Position numbers and translations under genes: made by a program. The notes below the pieces were generated by a model. It was not told where the DNA came from, did no database searches, and worked only from the letters and a program-made list of their open reading frames with translations. A stretch of DNA of 39,912 bases from a virus (taxonomy: Duplodnaviria > Heunggongvirae > Uroviricota > Caudoviricetes), in the IMG/VR virus record IMGVR_UViG_3300016476_000468, positions 1-39,912 of that record; one strand, given 5' to 3'. Below, piece after piece: positions 9,788-18,576 of the stretch. The first letter of the stretch is position 1; every line of letters begins with the position of its first letter.

Positions 9788-10584
9788 AAGAAACTTTTAT
9801 TAAGACTTATACGGCAGATGAAAATACTCATCTGCTGTTTTTACTTCCAGGGCAGAGTTTATCTCCCAGAGTATTCTGGGATTATCCTACTGAAGAAGGT
9901 AGCCATGCTCAATGGTTTCTTTCTCAGGGTATTGATGTGATATTATTCGACCCAGTTGGTTATGGTAATAGTAAATCATTCTATCCTTATGATAGATTAG
10001 GTTATGCTAAACAAATATCAGAAGCTGTTAATAGTATAACAAAAGAATATTCGGTTAAAACTATATTCGGTTTTTCTACTACAACTGCGCCAGCATTAAT
10101 CGCTTCTCAAGAATACTTTAATAAAGTTATTATTCATAGCCCAGTAATTAGAAAAGACCCAAAATACTTTGTTCCGCATGGTGAAGTATTTGATGTTAGT
10201 ATTGATAAACTATTACAAGAACGTATTAATAAAATTAGTGACAAACTAATTCCAAAACCAAATAGGGTAGAGGGATGGAGAGAAAAGATTAAAAGCGTTC
10301 TGGGTAAAGAAGAATGGTCGGTTCCTGCCAAAGTCGTTTATGATGTTGGTAACTTTTATCCTAAACGCAGAATACTTGGATTTGACCCAGATAAAGTACC
10401 ACCAATTATGTGTATGTATGGGCAATATGATTTTGAAGTTTCTTGTGGTGGTTTAGAATCATTTAAAGAATACTTTAAAGATTTCAAAGAGGTTATTATT
10501 CCCAATTCCACACATTTTTCTATGTGGGAAAACGAGTATAAAGTAACCCTACAAGCTGTAAGGGATTACGTTAAGGGGACTTGA
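9766..10584 (+). CDS. Alpha/beta-hydrolase fold protein
   Basis: LLPG oxyanion-like region, FDPVGYGNS, GFS nucleophile elbow, YGQYD, STHF. Confidence 0.75.
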   Translation: MVIEQHLKETFIKTYTADENTHLLFLLPGQSLSPRVFWDYPTEEGSHAQWFLSQGIDVILFDPVGYGNSKSFYPYDRLGYAKQISEAVNSITKEYSVKTIFGFSTTTAPALIASQEYFNKVIIHSPVIRKDPKYFVPHGEVFDVSIDKLLQERINKISDKLIPKPNRVEGWREKIKSVLGKEEWSVPAKVVYDVGNFYPKRRILGFDPDKVPPIMCMYGQYDFEVSCGGLESFKEYFKDFKEVIIPNSTHFSMWENEYKVTLQAVRDYVKGT

Positions 10585-10609
10585 CATTTTCCTCGTTTTG
10601 GTGTATAAT
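10581..10609 (+). promoter_or_regulatory. Sigma70-type promoter TTGACA-17-TATAAT
   Basis: Perfect consensus upstream of the 10636 ORF with GGAGG RBS. Confidence 0.85.
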
Positions 10610-10635
10610 AGATACTGAAATGGAGGTTCTAACCT

Positions 10636-11745
10636 ATGGCTACTGCTAAGAAACGTGCTAAGGCACACGCTGCTCTCAACCGTACTGTTGATGAGCCGAT
10701 GCTGGATCAAGACAGCTATAACGTATCCATCACCAACGCACTGGTGTGGTACTCAAACAACGTAGACGAAAAGCGACGCAAGAAATATGCGTTGGAATAC
10801 TTTGCGAAACTAGGCAACAAAGCTGCTGTTCTCGCAATCAATCGTGCCAACGATTATGACGTTCGCCAACTTGGCACTCTTTGCCGACTGGTCTCGAATG
10901 GCAACACACTCAGCGATGACCACATGCGTGCAATCGACAATATGCTTGCAGTGATTGTTGCCAAGCAGAAAATCCCCGCAGAAAAACTTGAGAAGTTGAA
11001 CGAACAGAAGGTCGTTCCTATCACTGCTGCTCCTTCCATCCAAGAGCGTATGGACGAAAAGGCGCACGATCTGGCTGGTGAGATTGATGCAGCTATTGAT
11101 GACTTTGTTATGAACAAGAATGCAGACTTTTCTGCTAAGAACTATCTGCTGGCGAAAGAAGTCTCTGCTCCTATCGCCAAGCGTATAGGCGAATTCTATG
11201 TCAAGCTGTATAATGAACTTGCTGGCGCAATCAACGCCGAAGACGAACAACTGGTTGAGGGTTATAGCAACTTCACCAAGCGTGAGCTAAAAGCCTTCCA
11301 CAAGTTTGTCGGGCAGATCATCGAAGACTGCGAACAGATGGTTCAGACCGCTAAGGCTACTCGTGCTCCTCGTAAGCGCAAGCCTGTACCCTTGTCCAAG
11401 CAAGTGGCTAAGATGAAGTATATGAAAGAGTTTGCAGAACTCAAGCTAAAGTCTTGCAAGCCAGAAGATATCATTGGTGCTACCGAACTGTGGGTGTACA
11501 ATACAAAGTACCGCAAGGTTCAGGTGTATAAGGCAGAAGGATCTCTTGCTGTCAAAGGCACTAGCGTTCTTGGGTTCGATATTAAAGAATCCAAGTCTAT
11601 GACTCTCCGCAAGCCAGAAGAATTCTTCAAAGGACTCTCGATGGGTAAGCGTGCACTGAATGCTGCACTTAAGAAGTTGACTACGAAACCTACCACTCCG
11701 AATGGTCGTATCAACGAAGAATGTATTTTGCTGGGAGCTTTCTAA
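10636..11745 (+). CDS. Hypothetical early protein of T4-like phages
   Basis: 369-aa ORF, strong promoter and RBS; C-terminal GRINEECILL. Confidence 0.75.
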   Translation: MATAKKRAKAHAALNRTVDEPMLDQDSYNVSITNALVWYSNNVDEKRRKKYALEYFAKLGNKAAVLAINRANDYDVRQLGTLCRLVSNGNTLSDDHMRAIDNMLAVIVAKQKIPAEKLEKLNEQKVVPITAAPSIQERMDEKAHDLAGEIDAAIDDFVMNKNADFSAKNYLLAKEVSAPIAKRIGEFYVKLYNELAGAINAEDEQLVEGYSNFTKRELKAFHKFVGQIIEDCEQMVQTAKATRAPRKRKPVPLSKQVAKMKYMKEFAELKLKSCKPEDIIGATELWVYNTKYRKVQVYKAEGSLAVKGTSVLGFDIKESKSMTLRKPEEFFKGLSMGKRALNAALKKLTTKPTTPNGRINEECILLGAF

Positions 11746-12650
11746 TGATTTTGGTTGATTATTCTCAGGTAGCCTTGTCTGCCATCCTTACCTTCCAACG
11801 TGAATTGAAGGGTACTGAAAGTGAAGTGAAGAATCTTATTCGTCACGTGACTCTTTCCACACTCAAGTCGTACAAGAAAAAGTATGGCAAAGATTATGGA
11901 GAGATGGTCATTGCTTGCGATGGTCGTAAGTACTGGCGCAAGGATGTATTTGAACACTACAAAGCCAGTCGCAAAAAGATGCGTGATGCATCAGACCTAG
12001 ATTGGAAGCTGATCTTTGACACGCTATCAGAAATGCGTGATGATATTGCTAAGCACTTTCCGTATAAAGTTATTCATCTGGAACGTGCCGAAGCCGACGA
12101 TGTCATTGCTGTGCTGACTGAGTGGTGCCAGAGCAATGCGCTTGTTCAAGAAGGTCTGATGGAAGAGCCACAGCAGGTTCTTATCTTGTCGTCTGACAAA
12201 GACTTCAAGCAGCTGCAGTTGGCTCCGTTTTCCACTGGCAATGTTCGCCAGTGGTCTCCGATGCAGAAGAAATACATCACTGCGTCCAAGAAAGAGATTC
12301 TTGATTTTACGGTAGAGCATATTGTCAAGGGTGACACTGGTGACGGTATCCCTAACATTCTGTCTGCTGATGATGTATTCGTTAAGGGCGACCGACAGAA
12401 ACCTGTTTCGGCTAAACGACTCCAAGAATTTATGGAGCAGGGTAAAGCTGCTTGCCGTAACGACGATGAGCGCCGTAACTGGGATCGTAATGCAAGACTG
12501 GTTGCGTTTGATAATATCCCTGAAGATGTTAAGAAGGATATCGTTGAGTGTTACCTAAATACTAAACCCACAGGTGACAAGATGGCGATTATGAATTACT
12601 TGATCGAACATCGTTGCCGTTTACTCCTAGATGAGATTGAGGAATTTTGA
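11745..12650 (+). CDS. rnh: T4-type RNase H / 5'-3' flap exonuclease
   Basis: MILVDYSQ, YWRKD..YKASRK, EADDVIA, SSDKDFKQL, GDTGDGIPN. Confidence 0.93.
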   Translation: MILVDYSQVALSAILTFQRELKGTESEVKNLIRHVTLSTLKSYKKKYGKDYGEMVIACDGRKYWRKDVFEHYKASRKKMRDASDLDWKLIFDTLSEMRDDIAKHFPYKVIHLERAEADDVIAVLTEWCQSNALVQEGLMEEPQQVLILSSDKDFKQLQLAPFSTGNVRQWSPMQKKYITASKKEILDFTVEHIVKGDTGDGIPNILSADDVFVKGDRQKPVSAKRLQEFMEQGKAACRNDDERRNWDRNARLVAFDNIPEDVKKDIVECYLNTKPTGDKMAIMNYLIEHRCRLLLDEIEEF

Positions 12651-13093
12651 TGAGAAAATATGTAACACAGGTGTTTGAGGATATCAACGCAAACCCTAAG
12701 TCGATTGAACAGTATGTAAAAGACCCACTGTATAATGTGCTGATCAAAACCATCTGCGAATACGCTTTTGATCCAGCTAAGAAATGGATTCTGCCAGAAG
12801 GAGAGCCTCCATTCAAAGCTGCTGCTGAGCCACTGGGTATGACCCCAACTAATCTATATGGTGAACTGCGCAGACTTTATGTCTTCACTCGTGCGGATCT
12901 CAAGCCAGTGAAACGTGAGCAACTATTCATCTCGTTGTTAGAAGGTGTACATCCAGATGAAGCTAAGTTGTTGTGTGCTATTAAAGACCAAACCTTACAC
13001 AAGCTGTATCCAAAGGTAACTCGCAAGTTGGTCACTGACGCTGGTATTCTCCCACCTGTTGAGAAGAAAGCCAAAGAAAGTGCAACATCTTGA
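12647..13093 (+). CDS. Conserved T4-like phage hypothetical protein
   Basis: LPEGEPPF and KREQLFISLLEGVHPDEA motifs. Confidence 0.75.
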   Translation: MMRKYVTQVFEDINANPKSIEQYVKDPLYNVLIKTICEYAFDPAKKWILPEGEPPFKAAAEPLGMTPTNLYGELRRLYVFTRADLKPVKREQLFISLLEGVHPDEAKLLCAIKDQTLHKLYPKVTRKLVTDAGILPPVEKKAKESATS

Positions 13094-13292
13094 AGACGAA
13101 GACAGAGATTTCCTACATTTCCTTCTAAATCTAGAACCAGATGAGTTTCAGATGATGTTGGCGGCTATGACCGACGAAGATGCGATGCGTGTTTTGGTTA
13201 TGATCCAACAAGCCAAAGATGAAATCTTTGATCAGTGGATAGAGGAAAATGGTACACCAGACGCAGATGAGATTTTAGGAAGGATTAGATGA
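13059..13292 (+). CDS. Hypothetical protein
   Basis: Acidic ORF filling the gap; start uncertain. Confidence 0.55.
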   Translation: MRRKPKKVQHLEDEDRDFLHFLLNLEPDEFQMMLAAMTDEDAMRVLVMIQQAKDEIFDQWIEENGTPDADEILGRIR

Positions 13293-13972
13293 ATCCGTAT
13301 ATAACTAAGTTAAACTTATCTCTGCCAGAGACTGAGCGCCTTATTCGAAATGGTTTTGTAGATACTAACAAACATTTCGAAGAGGTATTCCCACATTGGA
13401 AGAAGATGCAGATTGCTGCATTCAAAGATATCAACGTTGATGGATTCGAAAGAGATGATGAAGAAGTAGAATGGGTTCGTTCTATCTATAAAACGTATGG
13501 TGAAATGTATGAAGGTCGTCGTTATATCGAGACTCAATACAATGTTAAAGAGCCATTAAAAACTAAGATAATAGAATCTTTACCTGAAGTGTTTAAGAAC
13601 ATAAAAGTATCGTTCCGTGCACAAAAATTTACTGATGGTGACTATATGTTACCACACAGAGACCACGATAGAACCAGTGGTCTTTATTTCGTTATGTCGC
13701 CTCCAGATTTTAAAACAAGATGGTATAATCTAGTTGGCGACTTCGAAGAACGTAGACTAAAATATGCTCCACCAGAAAATTTAGTTCTGGCACACAGTGA
13801 GATTTTACAACGTGGCTCTTGGTATCTGTTCAACAATTATGCTCACCACTCTGTACATAAGGTAACTAATATACCGAAACCTACTAGAAAAACATTCGTT
13901 ATCCAACTCGATGGGTTGAGTTATCAAGAATCATATAACATATTTAAAGATTATGAAGCAAAAGTGGATTGA
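13289..13972 (+). CDS. 2OG-Fe(II) oxygenase-like protein
   Basis: PHRD (HxD), distal HHSV, downstream R. Confidence 0.65.
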   Translation: MNPYITKLNLSLPETERLIRNGFVDTNKHFEEVFPHWKKMQIAAFKDINVDGFERDDEEVEWVRSIYKTYGEMYEGRRYIETQYNVKEPLKTKIIESLPEVFKNIKVSFRAQKFTDGDYMLPHRDHDRTSGLYFVMSPPDFKTRWYNLVGDFEERRLKYAPPENLVLAHSEILQRGSWYLFNNYAHHSVHKVTNIPKPTRKTFVIQLDGLSYQESYNIFKDYEAKVD

Positions 13973-14426
13973 TGCATTTATGGACACAGCGAAGAGATTC
14001 GCTCAACTGTCCAGCGCTGTTAGATTAAAAGTTGGTGCTGTTGTCGTCAAAGATAATCGCATTATAAGTATTGGTTACAATGGCACTCCCGCTGGTTGGG
14101 ACAACACCTGCGAAGAAAAGTTTTATTGTGAAGACGGTGATTGGTCTGAACAACTGTTGCCGAAAGATGCAAACCAGTGGATGCGGTACAAACTCAAAAC
14201 AAAACCTGAGGTAATCCATGCTGAAGCTAATGCGATCTCTAAGCTGGCAAGATCGAGTGAATCTGGTCTTGGCGCTGATATTTTTATTACTCACGCTCCT
14301 TGTGTTGATTGTGCCAAACTAATTTACGGCGCAGGTATAAATAAAGTGTATTATCGCGAGTCCTATCGTAATGACGATGGATTGAATTTCTTAACTAAAT
14401 GTGACATTGACGTAGAAAAAGTATGA
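13953..14426 (+). CDS. cd: dCMP deaminase
   Basis: KVGAVVV, GYNG, HAEANAI, PCVDC zinc motif. Confidence 0.92.
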   Translation: MKQKWIDAFMDTAKRFAQLSSAVRLKVGAVVVKDNRIISIGYNGTPAGWDNTCEEKFYCEDGDWSEQLLPKDANQWMRYKLKTKPEVIHAEANAISKLARSSESGLGADIFITHAPCVDCAKLIYGAGINKVYYRESYRNDDGLNFLTKCDIDVEKV

Positions 14427-14974
14427 TTAAGCATGAGTGGTGGGCTACACCAGTTTGGGAAGTTGATACTGGGTTTGATGGTAAATTCAATGCATCTCTA
14501 ATAAAAGAGATCAATCTCATCCAATCATCTCCTGGAAATGAATTCAACGTCTGGGAGTACGACACACCTTGCGTTAGTGCCCTGCGCCAAAAAACAATAG
14601 ACCTCGTCAACGAGGTCGCTGCCCCAGAGATTCCTTCTTACATTAAGAAGAAACTTACTATCACACGAGGGTGGGTAAACTTTCATAAGACTGGAGAATC
14701 TCTGGCGACACATGGCCATGGTAACACTACCATTGCTTGTTCTTATTATGTGAAAGTTCCTAGCAACAGCGGGGACTTATTGATGTATGACCCACGTGGT
14801 GGTGTCAATTGGGGATGGGAAATTGAAGGGGGGATCGTCGGCATTAAACACATTCGTGTGAAGCCGAAGGAAGGTTCTCTTGTTATCTTCCCAGGATTTT
14901 TGTTACATTCTGTCGAGACTAACAGATCTGCTATGCCGAGAATTAGTCTTGCGTCAAACTTTATTCTATTATGA
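14423..14974 (+). CDS. Putative 2OG-Fe(II) oxygenase (TIGR02466-like)
   Basis: WVN, HGH, YYV, DPRGG, FPGFLLHSV, RISLASN. Confidence 0.8.
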   Translation: MIKHEWWATPVWEVDTGFDGKFNASLIKEINLIQSSPGNEFNVWEYDTPCVSALRQKTIDLVNEVAAPEIPSYIKKKLTITRGWVNFHKTGESLATHGHGNTTIACSYYVKVPSNSGDLLMYDPRGGVNWGWEIEGGIVGIKHIRVKPKEGSLVIFPGFLLHSVETNRSAMPRISLASNFILL

Positions 14975-15846
14975 AAAAATTATTCCTTAGTATTCTATTG
15001 ATGTGTTCTAGTGTCTTTGCTGCCGAGACTGTAAGAATCTACAGTCCATATAGTCCTACACATTCTGGCACTCCAGCAATGTTTAGGATCATCGACGAAG
15101 CCAACAAGGCTCAGAACATCTATAAGTTCGTTCTTGAATTCAAACCTGGCGGTAATCAAATCATTGCTGTTAAGGCACTAGATGAAAACAGCTTGGCTAT
15201 TATCGCTCCAGCTTTCGTCGAGAACGTTGCCAGTGGTAAACTTGAAGAAAGTGACTATATTCCTATCCACGCATTAGGTGATGCTTGCTGGGCTGTTATC
15301 ACAAATGGATCTATCAAAGGAATTAAAGAGGTAACAGTTGGTGGTGTAGGTTTTGGTAACGCTGCACACCTGACTTCCCTCGCTCTTGGCGAGAAGTTTG
15401 GCTTCGACGTAAGATACATCGTGTTTAAGTCTAACAACGACGCACTGGTCAATATGGCTGGTAACAATGGCGTTATTATGGTTATTGATCGCTATGAAGC
15501 GTATGAGTCTATGAAGACTAAGAATCCTAACTTACAGGCATTCGCTGCATCTTGCCCATCTAGACTACCACAAGCACCCAACGTCAAGACTCTAAAAGAA
15601 ATTGGTATTGATGCACCATTCGTTTTTAACATTACAGTAGCCCACAAGTCTATGAACCCAACTAGAATGAAGGCTATCTCTATGATCCTGAACGATGCGC
15701 AGAATAACATTGGTTCAGAAGAAATCTTTAAACTTTCTGGAATGAAAGTGCCAGCAGAGTCTCCTGTAGAGTTCTACAAGAAGTCTACAGACACAGTCAA
15801 GCGACTACAGAAAAAGTATCGTGCTCAGATCGAGCAGTCCAAGTAA
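14971..15846 (+). CDS. Bug/TctC-like tripartite tricarboxylate transporter substrate-binding protein
   Basis: Signal peptide; KPGGNQII, GFGNAAHL, RLPQAPNVKTLKEIG resemble Bug family motifs. Confidence 0.65.
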   Translation: MKKLFLSILLMCSSVFAAETVRIYSPYSPTHSGTPAMFRIIDEANKAQNIYKFVLEFKPGGNQIIAVKALDENSLAIIAPAFVENVASGKLEESDYIPIHALGDACWAVITNGSIKGIKEVTVGGVGFGNAAHLTSLALGEKFGFDVRYIVFKSNNDALVNMAGNNGVIMVIDRYEAYESMKTKNPNLQAFAASCPSRLPQAPNVKTLKEIGIDAPFVFNITVAHKSMNPTRMKAISMILNDAQNNIGSEEIFKLSGMKVPAESPVEFYKKSTDTVKRLQKKYRAQIEQSK

Positions 15847-15860
15847 GAATAAATAAGTGT

Positions 15861-16265
15861 ATGGCGTACTCAAATAAAGTCATCGATCACTACGAAAACC
15901 CACGTAATGTGGGTTCTTTTTCCAAAGACGAGGAAGGCGTAGGCACAGGTATGGTCGGCGCACCAGCTTGCGGTGACGTAATGAAACTTCAAATCAAGGT
16001 TGATGAAAATGGTATTATTAGAGACGCTCGTTTCAAGACATATGGATGCGGTTCAGCAATCGCCAGTTCGTCGCTGGTCACTGAGATGGTTAAAGGAATG
16101 CATGTGGATGCTGCTAGTCAGATTCGCAATAGCCAGATCGCTGAAGAACTAGCACTTCCACCAGTTAAGATTCACTGTTCAATTCTAGCAGAGGATGCTA
16201 TCAAAGCAGCTGTAAATGATTACCATAACCGACACAGCAAAACAGAAAATAAAGAAGTTGCTTGA
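15861..16265 (+). CDS. iscU: Fe-S cluster scaffold IscU
   Basis: HYENPRNVG, GAPACGDVM, GCGSAIAS, LPPVKIHC. Confidence 0.96.
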   Translation: MAYSNKVIDHYENPRNVGSFSKDEEGVGTGMVGAPACGDVMKLQIKVDENGIIRDARFKTYGCGSAIASSSLVTEMVKGMHVDAASQIRNSQIAEELALPPVKIHCSILAEDAIKAAVNDYHNRHSKTENKEVA

Positions 16266-16542
16266 GAAACGTGGTAAAGGTGCAGGTATCCGCTTGGGTG
16301 TTAAAACTACAGGATGCAGCGGACTGGCTTACACGTTAGAGTATGTTGATGAATATGTCCCAGAAGTTGGAGTTACAAACTTTGCGCAATCCGACTTTGT
16401 AGTTCTTTGTGACGCTAAATCTCTAGCGTACATGGATGGTATGACAGTTGATTGGATCCGTGAAGGACTAAACGAAGGTTTTAAATTTAGCAACCCAAAT
16501 GAACGTGACCGTTGTGGTTGCGGAGAAAGTTTCCGAGTATGA
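16216..16542 (+). CDS. iscA: A-type Fe-S carrier IscA
   Basis: [21 protein letters not shown]. Confidence 0.92.
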   Translation: MITITDTAKQKIKKLLEKRGKGAGIRLGVKTTGCSGLAYTLEYVDEYVPEVGVTNFAQSDFVVLCDAKSLAYMDGMTVDWIREGLNEGFKFSNPNERDRCGCGESFRV

Positions 16543-16844
16543 TTACAGTAACAGAAAACGCCACAAACAAAATCGAAGAACTTCTTGCGGAGAACCAAGA
16601 GCCGTATCTGCGCATATCAGTCAATGGTGGTGGTTGCAGTGGATTCCAGTATGCGTTTGCGTTCGATGACACTGTAGCAGAAGATGATTTTACTTTCGGT
16701 AAAGTAATCGTTGATGCTATGAGTATGCAATACTTAAACGAAGCTGTTGTAGATTATAAAGAAGATATTATGGGAGATCAATTCACTGTGCATAACCCTA
16801 ATGCACAAACAACCTGTGGATGCGGTAGTTCTTTCTCAGTTTAA
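16539..16844 (+). CDS. erpA: A-type Fe-S insertion protein ErpA
   Basis: [23 protein letters not shown]. Confidence 0.88.
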   Translation: MITVTENATNKIEELLAENQEPYLRISVNGGGCSGFQYAFAFDDTVAEDDFTFGKVIVDAMSMQYLNEAVVDYKEDIMGDQFTVHNPNAQTTCGCGSSFSV

Positions 16845-16861
16845 TAATTCCTCTAAGGCAT

Positions 16862-17443
16862 TTATTTCTTTATTTCTATTTCTCCAGCTTTCCTGCTCCA
16901 CTTAGATTTTGAAATAATTTTTGACACTGGAATGTGGTGGAAAGACTCGTAAGTTTTTTCTGTGTATTGCTCCCAACATTGAGCGTCTTTCCAGCAACCA
17001 CCATTATTACTATCCCTGTTTCTAGAACATATACCTTGTGTACAAGAATTTAAAGTTTTAATAAACTTTCCATTAAAATCTACTACGTTAGATTGAGAAC
17101 GAGAGTCATTATCTTTAGACCACTCTTTTCTAAATTTAGTTACGAAGTGTAGTTCATTATCTACTCTGCTATACTCATCAAAGAAGGTGTTCCAGAATTG
17201 TTCAACACCTTCTATAGACTTAAAGTGTCCAACTCGCATTCTAAGTGCCCAAGAACCATCGTCGAGTATTAGTTTCTCCTGTGTGATTGTTATTCGTTTG
17301 TTGTAGATATGTTGTTCACATTTTATCTCAACTTCTTTTCTAAATTCTTTAAATTTTTCGCTTAGGTCTTCTGGGAATGTGGATAACTCGTCGAAGAATC
17401 TATCTTCTCTGCGATTAATTGTTATATTTTCGAATAAGTACAT
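16862..17443 (-). CDS. Hypothetical protein, paralog of 17443-18015
   Basis: Shares MYxxExxxxNxxEDxFF start and LNSC-x3-IC...C...C(x)W...HHIxVSxI tail. Confidence 0.7.
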   Translation of the reverse strand: MYLFENITINRREDRFFDELSTFPEDLSEKFKEFRKEVEIKCEQHIYNKRITITQEKLILDDGSWALRMRVGHFKSIEGVEQFWNTFFDEYSRVDNELHFVTKFRKEWSKDNDSRSQSNVVDFNGKFIKTLNSCTQGICSRNRDSNNGGCWKDAQCWEQYTEKTYESFHHIPVSKIISKSKWSRKAGEIEIKK

Positions 17444-18015
17444 TACTTCCTCTTGATAGATGATACTGCGATATGGTGCAAAGAAACATTTTGTTTAACG
17501 AAAGATTCTTGGTTCTGCCATAAGTTTTCGCAAGAGTTTTCTGGATCGCATTCGCCAAAAACCATACAAATCTTTCTGGCACAAGAATTAAGACATCTGA
17601 TGAAATTACCCTGCGAATCTAAGATGTTATACTCAAAAATAATTCCATTCTCTATGATCCAACGTGTTCTTGCGAGATTGGCTTCTTCTCTTTCTTCTTC
17701 TTTCCAGATTCTTTGCTTGTTCACACTATCCCAGTCCCAACGCAACCCTTCAGATACAAATTCTTTAATATACCTCTCAACAGAATGTTGATTTTTGAAG
17801 AAAGACTTTTGTATAATTCTTCTATAAGTTCCGTCTTGAAGCTGGTCACGTTTAATGTTCGTTCTTAGATGACTTTTGTAGATATCTTTTGCAAATCTAC
17901 TATTGAATCTTTCAGCGTATTCACTATAAAATTCTGCATGCAATGCATAGATATCAGTATCTTCGAAGAACTTGTCTTCTTTCGTATTAACATTAACGAT
18001 TTCTAAAATGTACAT
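17443..18015 (-). CDS. Hypothetical protein, paralog of 16862-17443
   Basis: As above; these two are the only convincing minus-strand genes in the window. Confidence 0.7.
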   Translation of the reverse strand: MYILEIVNVNTKEDKFFEDTDIYALHAEFYSEYAERFNSRFAKDIYKSHLRTNIKRDQLQDGTYRRIIQKSFFKNQHSVERYIKEFVSEGLRWDWDSVNKQRIWKEEEREEANLARTRWIIENGIIFEYNILDSQGNFIRCLNSCARKICMVFGECDPENSCENLWQNQESFVKQNVSLHHIAVSSIKRK

Positions 18016-18071
18016 ATGTTTTCTTAGTTATCACTGTATATGTATTTATGTATAAAAAATTTTGAAAAAAC

Positions 18072-18112
18072 TTGACTTTTTCCTCACTTTGAGGCATAAT
18101 TCGTTATAAATA
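18072..18112 (+). promoter_or_regulatory. Sigma70 promoter TTGACT-17-CATAAT plus T4 late promoter TATAAATA (18105-18112)
   Basis: Consensus matches at the head of the tRNA island. Confidence 0.7.
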
Positions 18113-18158
18113 GATTACTGTCACAGAAAATAACCCCACATGGTGTAGGGTTGTTGAC

Positions 18159-18187
18159 TTGACGAAACCCGAAAGATGGTGTAGAAT
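18159..18187 (+). promoter_or_regulatory. Sigma70 promoter TTGACG-17-TAGAAT; predicted start at the leader ATG (18194)
   Basis: -10 box lies 6 nt before ATG; no SD, so leaderless mRNA. Confidence 0.7.
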
Positions 18188-18193
18188 TCAACT

Positions 18194-18307
18194 ATGAAAT
18201 CGCTCTTGTGTCAATCCAGAATGCATAAACAGCTACCAGTAGCTGGCTGGAATAGCACACGCCCATCATTTTATGCCATTGAGGATAGTGGGGGTTTTGG
18301 CAAGTAA
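18194..18307 (+). CDS. Putative attenuator leader peptide (37 aa, all 20 amino acids)
   Basis: MKSLLCQSRMHKQLPVAGWNSTRPSFYAIEDSGGFGK*; 32 distinct codons in 37; last codons form the antiterminator 5' arm. Confidence 0.75.
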   Translation: MKSLLCQSRMHKQLPVAGWNSTRPSFYAIEDSGGFGK

Positions 18308-18344
18308 GACTTAGAATACCATAAGGTTACTTACCAAAACCCTC
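18290..18344 (+). promoter_or_regulatory. Antiterminator hairpin
   Basis: GGGGGTTTTGGCAAGTAAGACTTA pairs with TAAGGTTACTTACCAAAACCCTC, sequestering the terminator 5' arm. Confidence 0.8.
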
Positions 18345-18375
18345 GAAGATGAAAATCTCGAGGGTTTTTTGTTTT
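18336..18375 (+). terminator. Intrinsic terminator (attenuator)
   Basis: AAAACCCTCGA-A-GAT GAAA ATC-TCGAGGG TTTTTTGTTTT. Confidence 0.88.
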
Positions 18376-18381
18376 AGGGTG

Positions 18382-18488
18382 TTGACTTCTTATCGCTGAT
18401 GCAGTAAGATACAACACTCGCTGACTGAGATGTTAGCAAAAGAAGTTAGCAGAAAGTTGTTGACTCCTAAAGTAAGTTGATGTATAAT
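18382..18488 (+). promoter_or_regulatory. Two sigma70 promoters (TTGACT-17-TAAGAT at 18382; TTGACT-17-TATAAT at 18460)
   Basis: Consensus and spacing. Confidence 0.7.
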
Positions 18489-18501
18489 TCATTGCCTTAC
18501 T

Positions 18502-18513
18502 TGTTCTTTAAAA
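18502..18513 (+). promoter_or_regulatory. rrn-type boxA antitermination site
   Basis: TGTTCTTTAAAA vs rrn consensus TGCTCTTTAACA, just downstream of the promoter and before the first tRNA. Confidence 0.65.
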
Positions 18514-18576
18514 ATTTGCGTACCATTTTTAATGAGTCACTAGCGAAGGTTCGCTGGTAGCTAGTGACTCTTTTGT

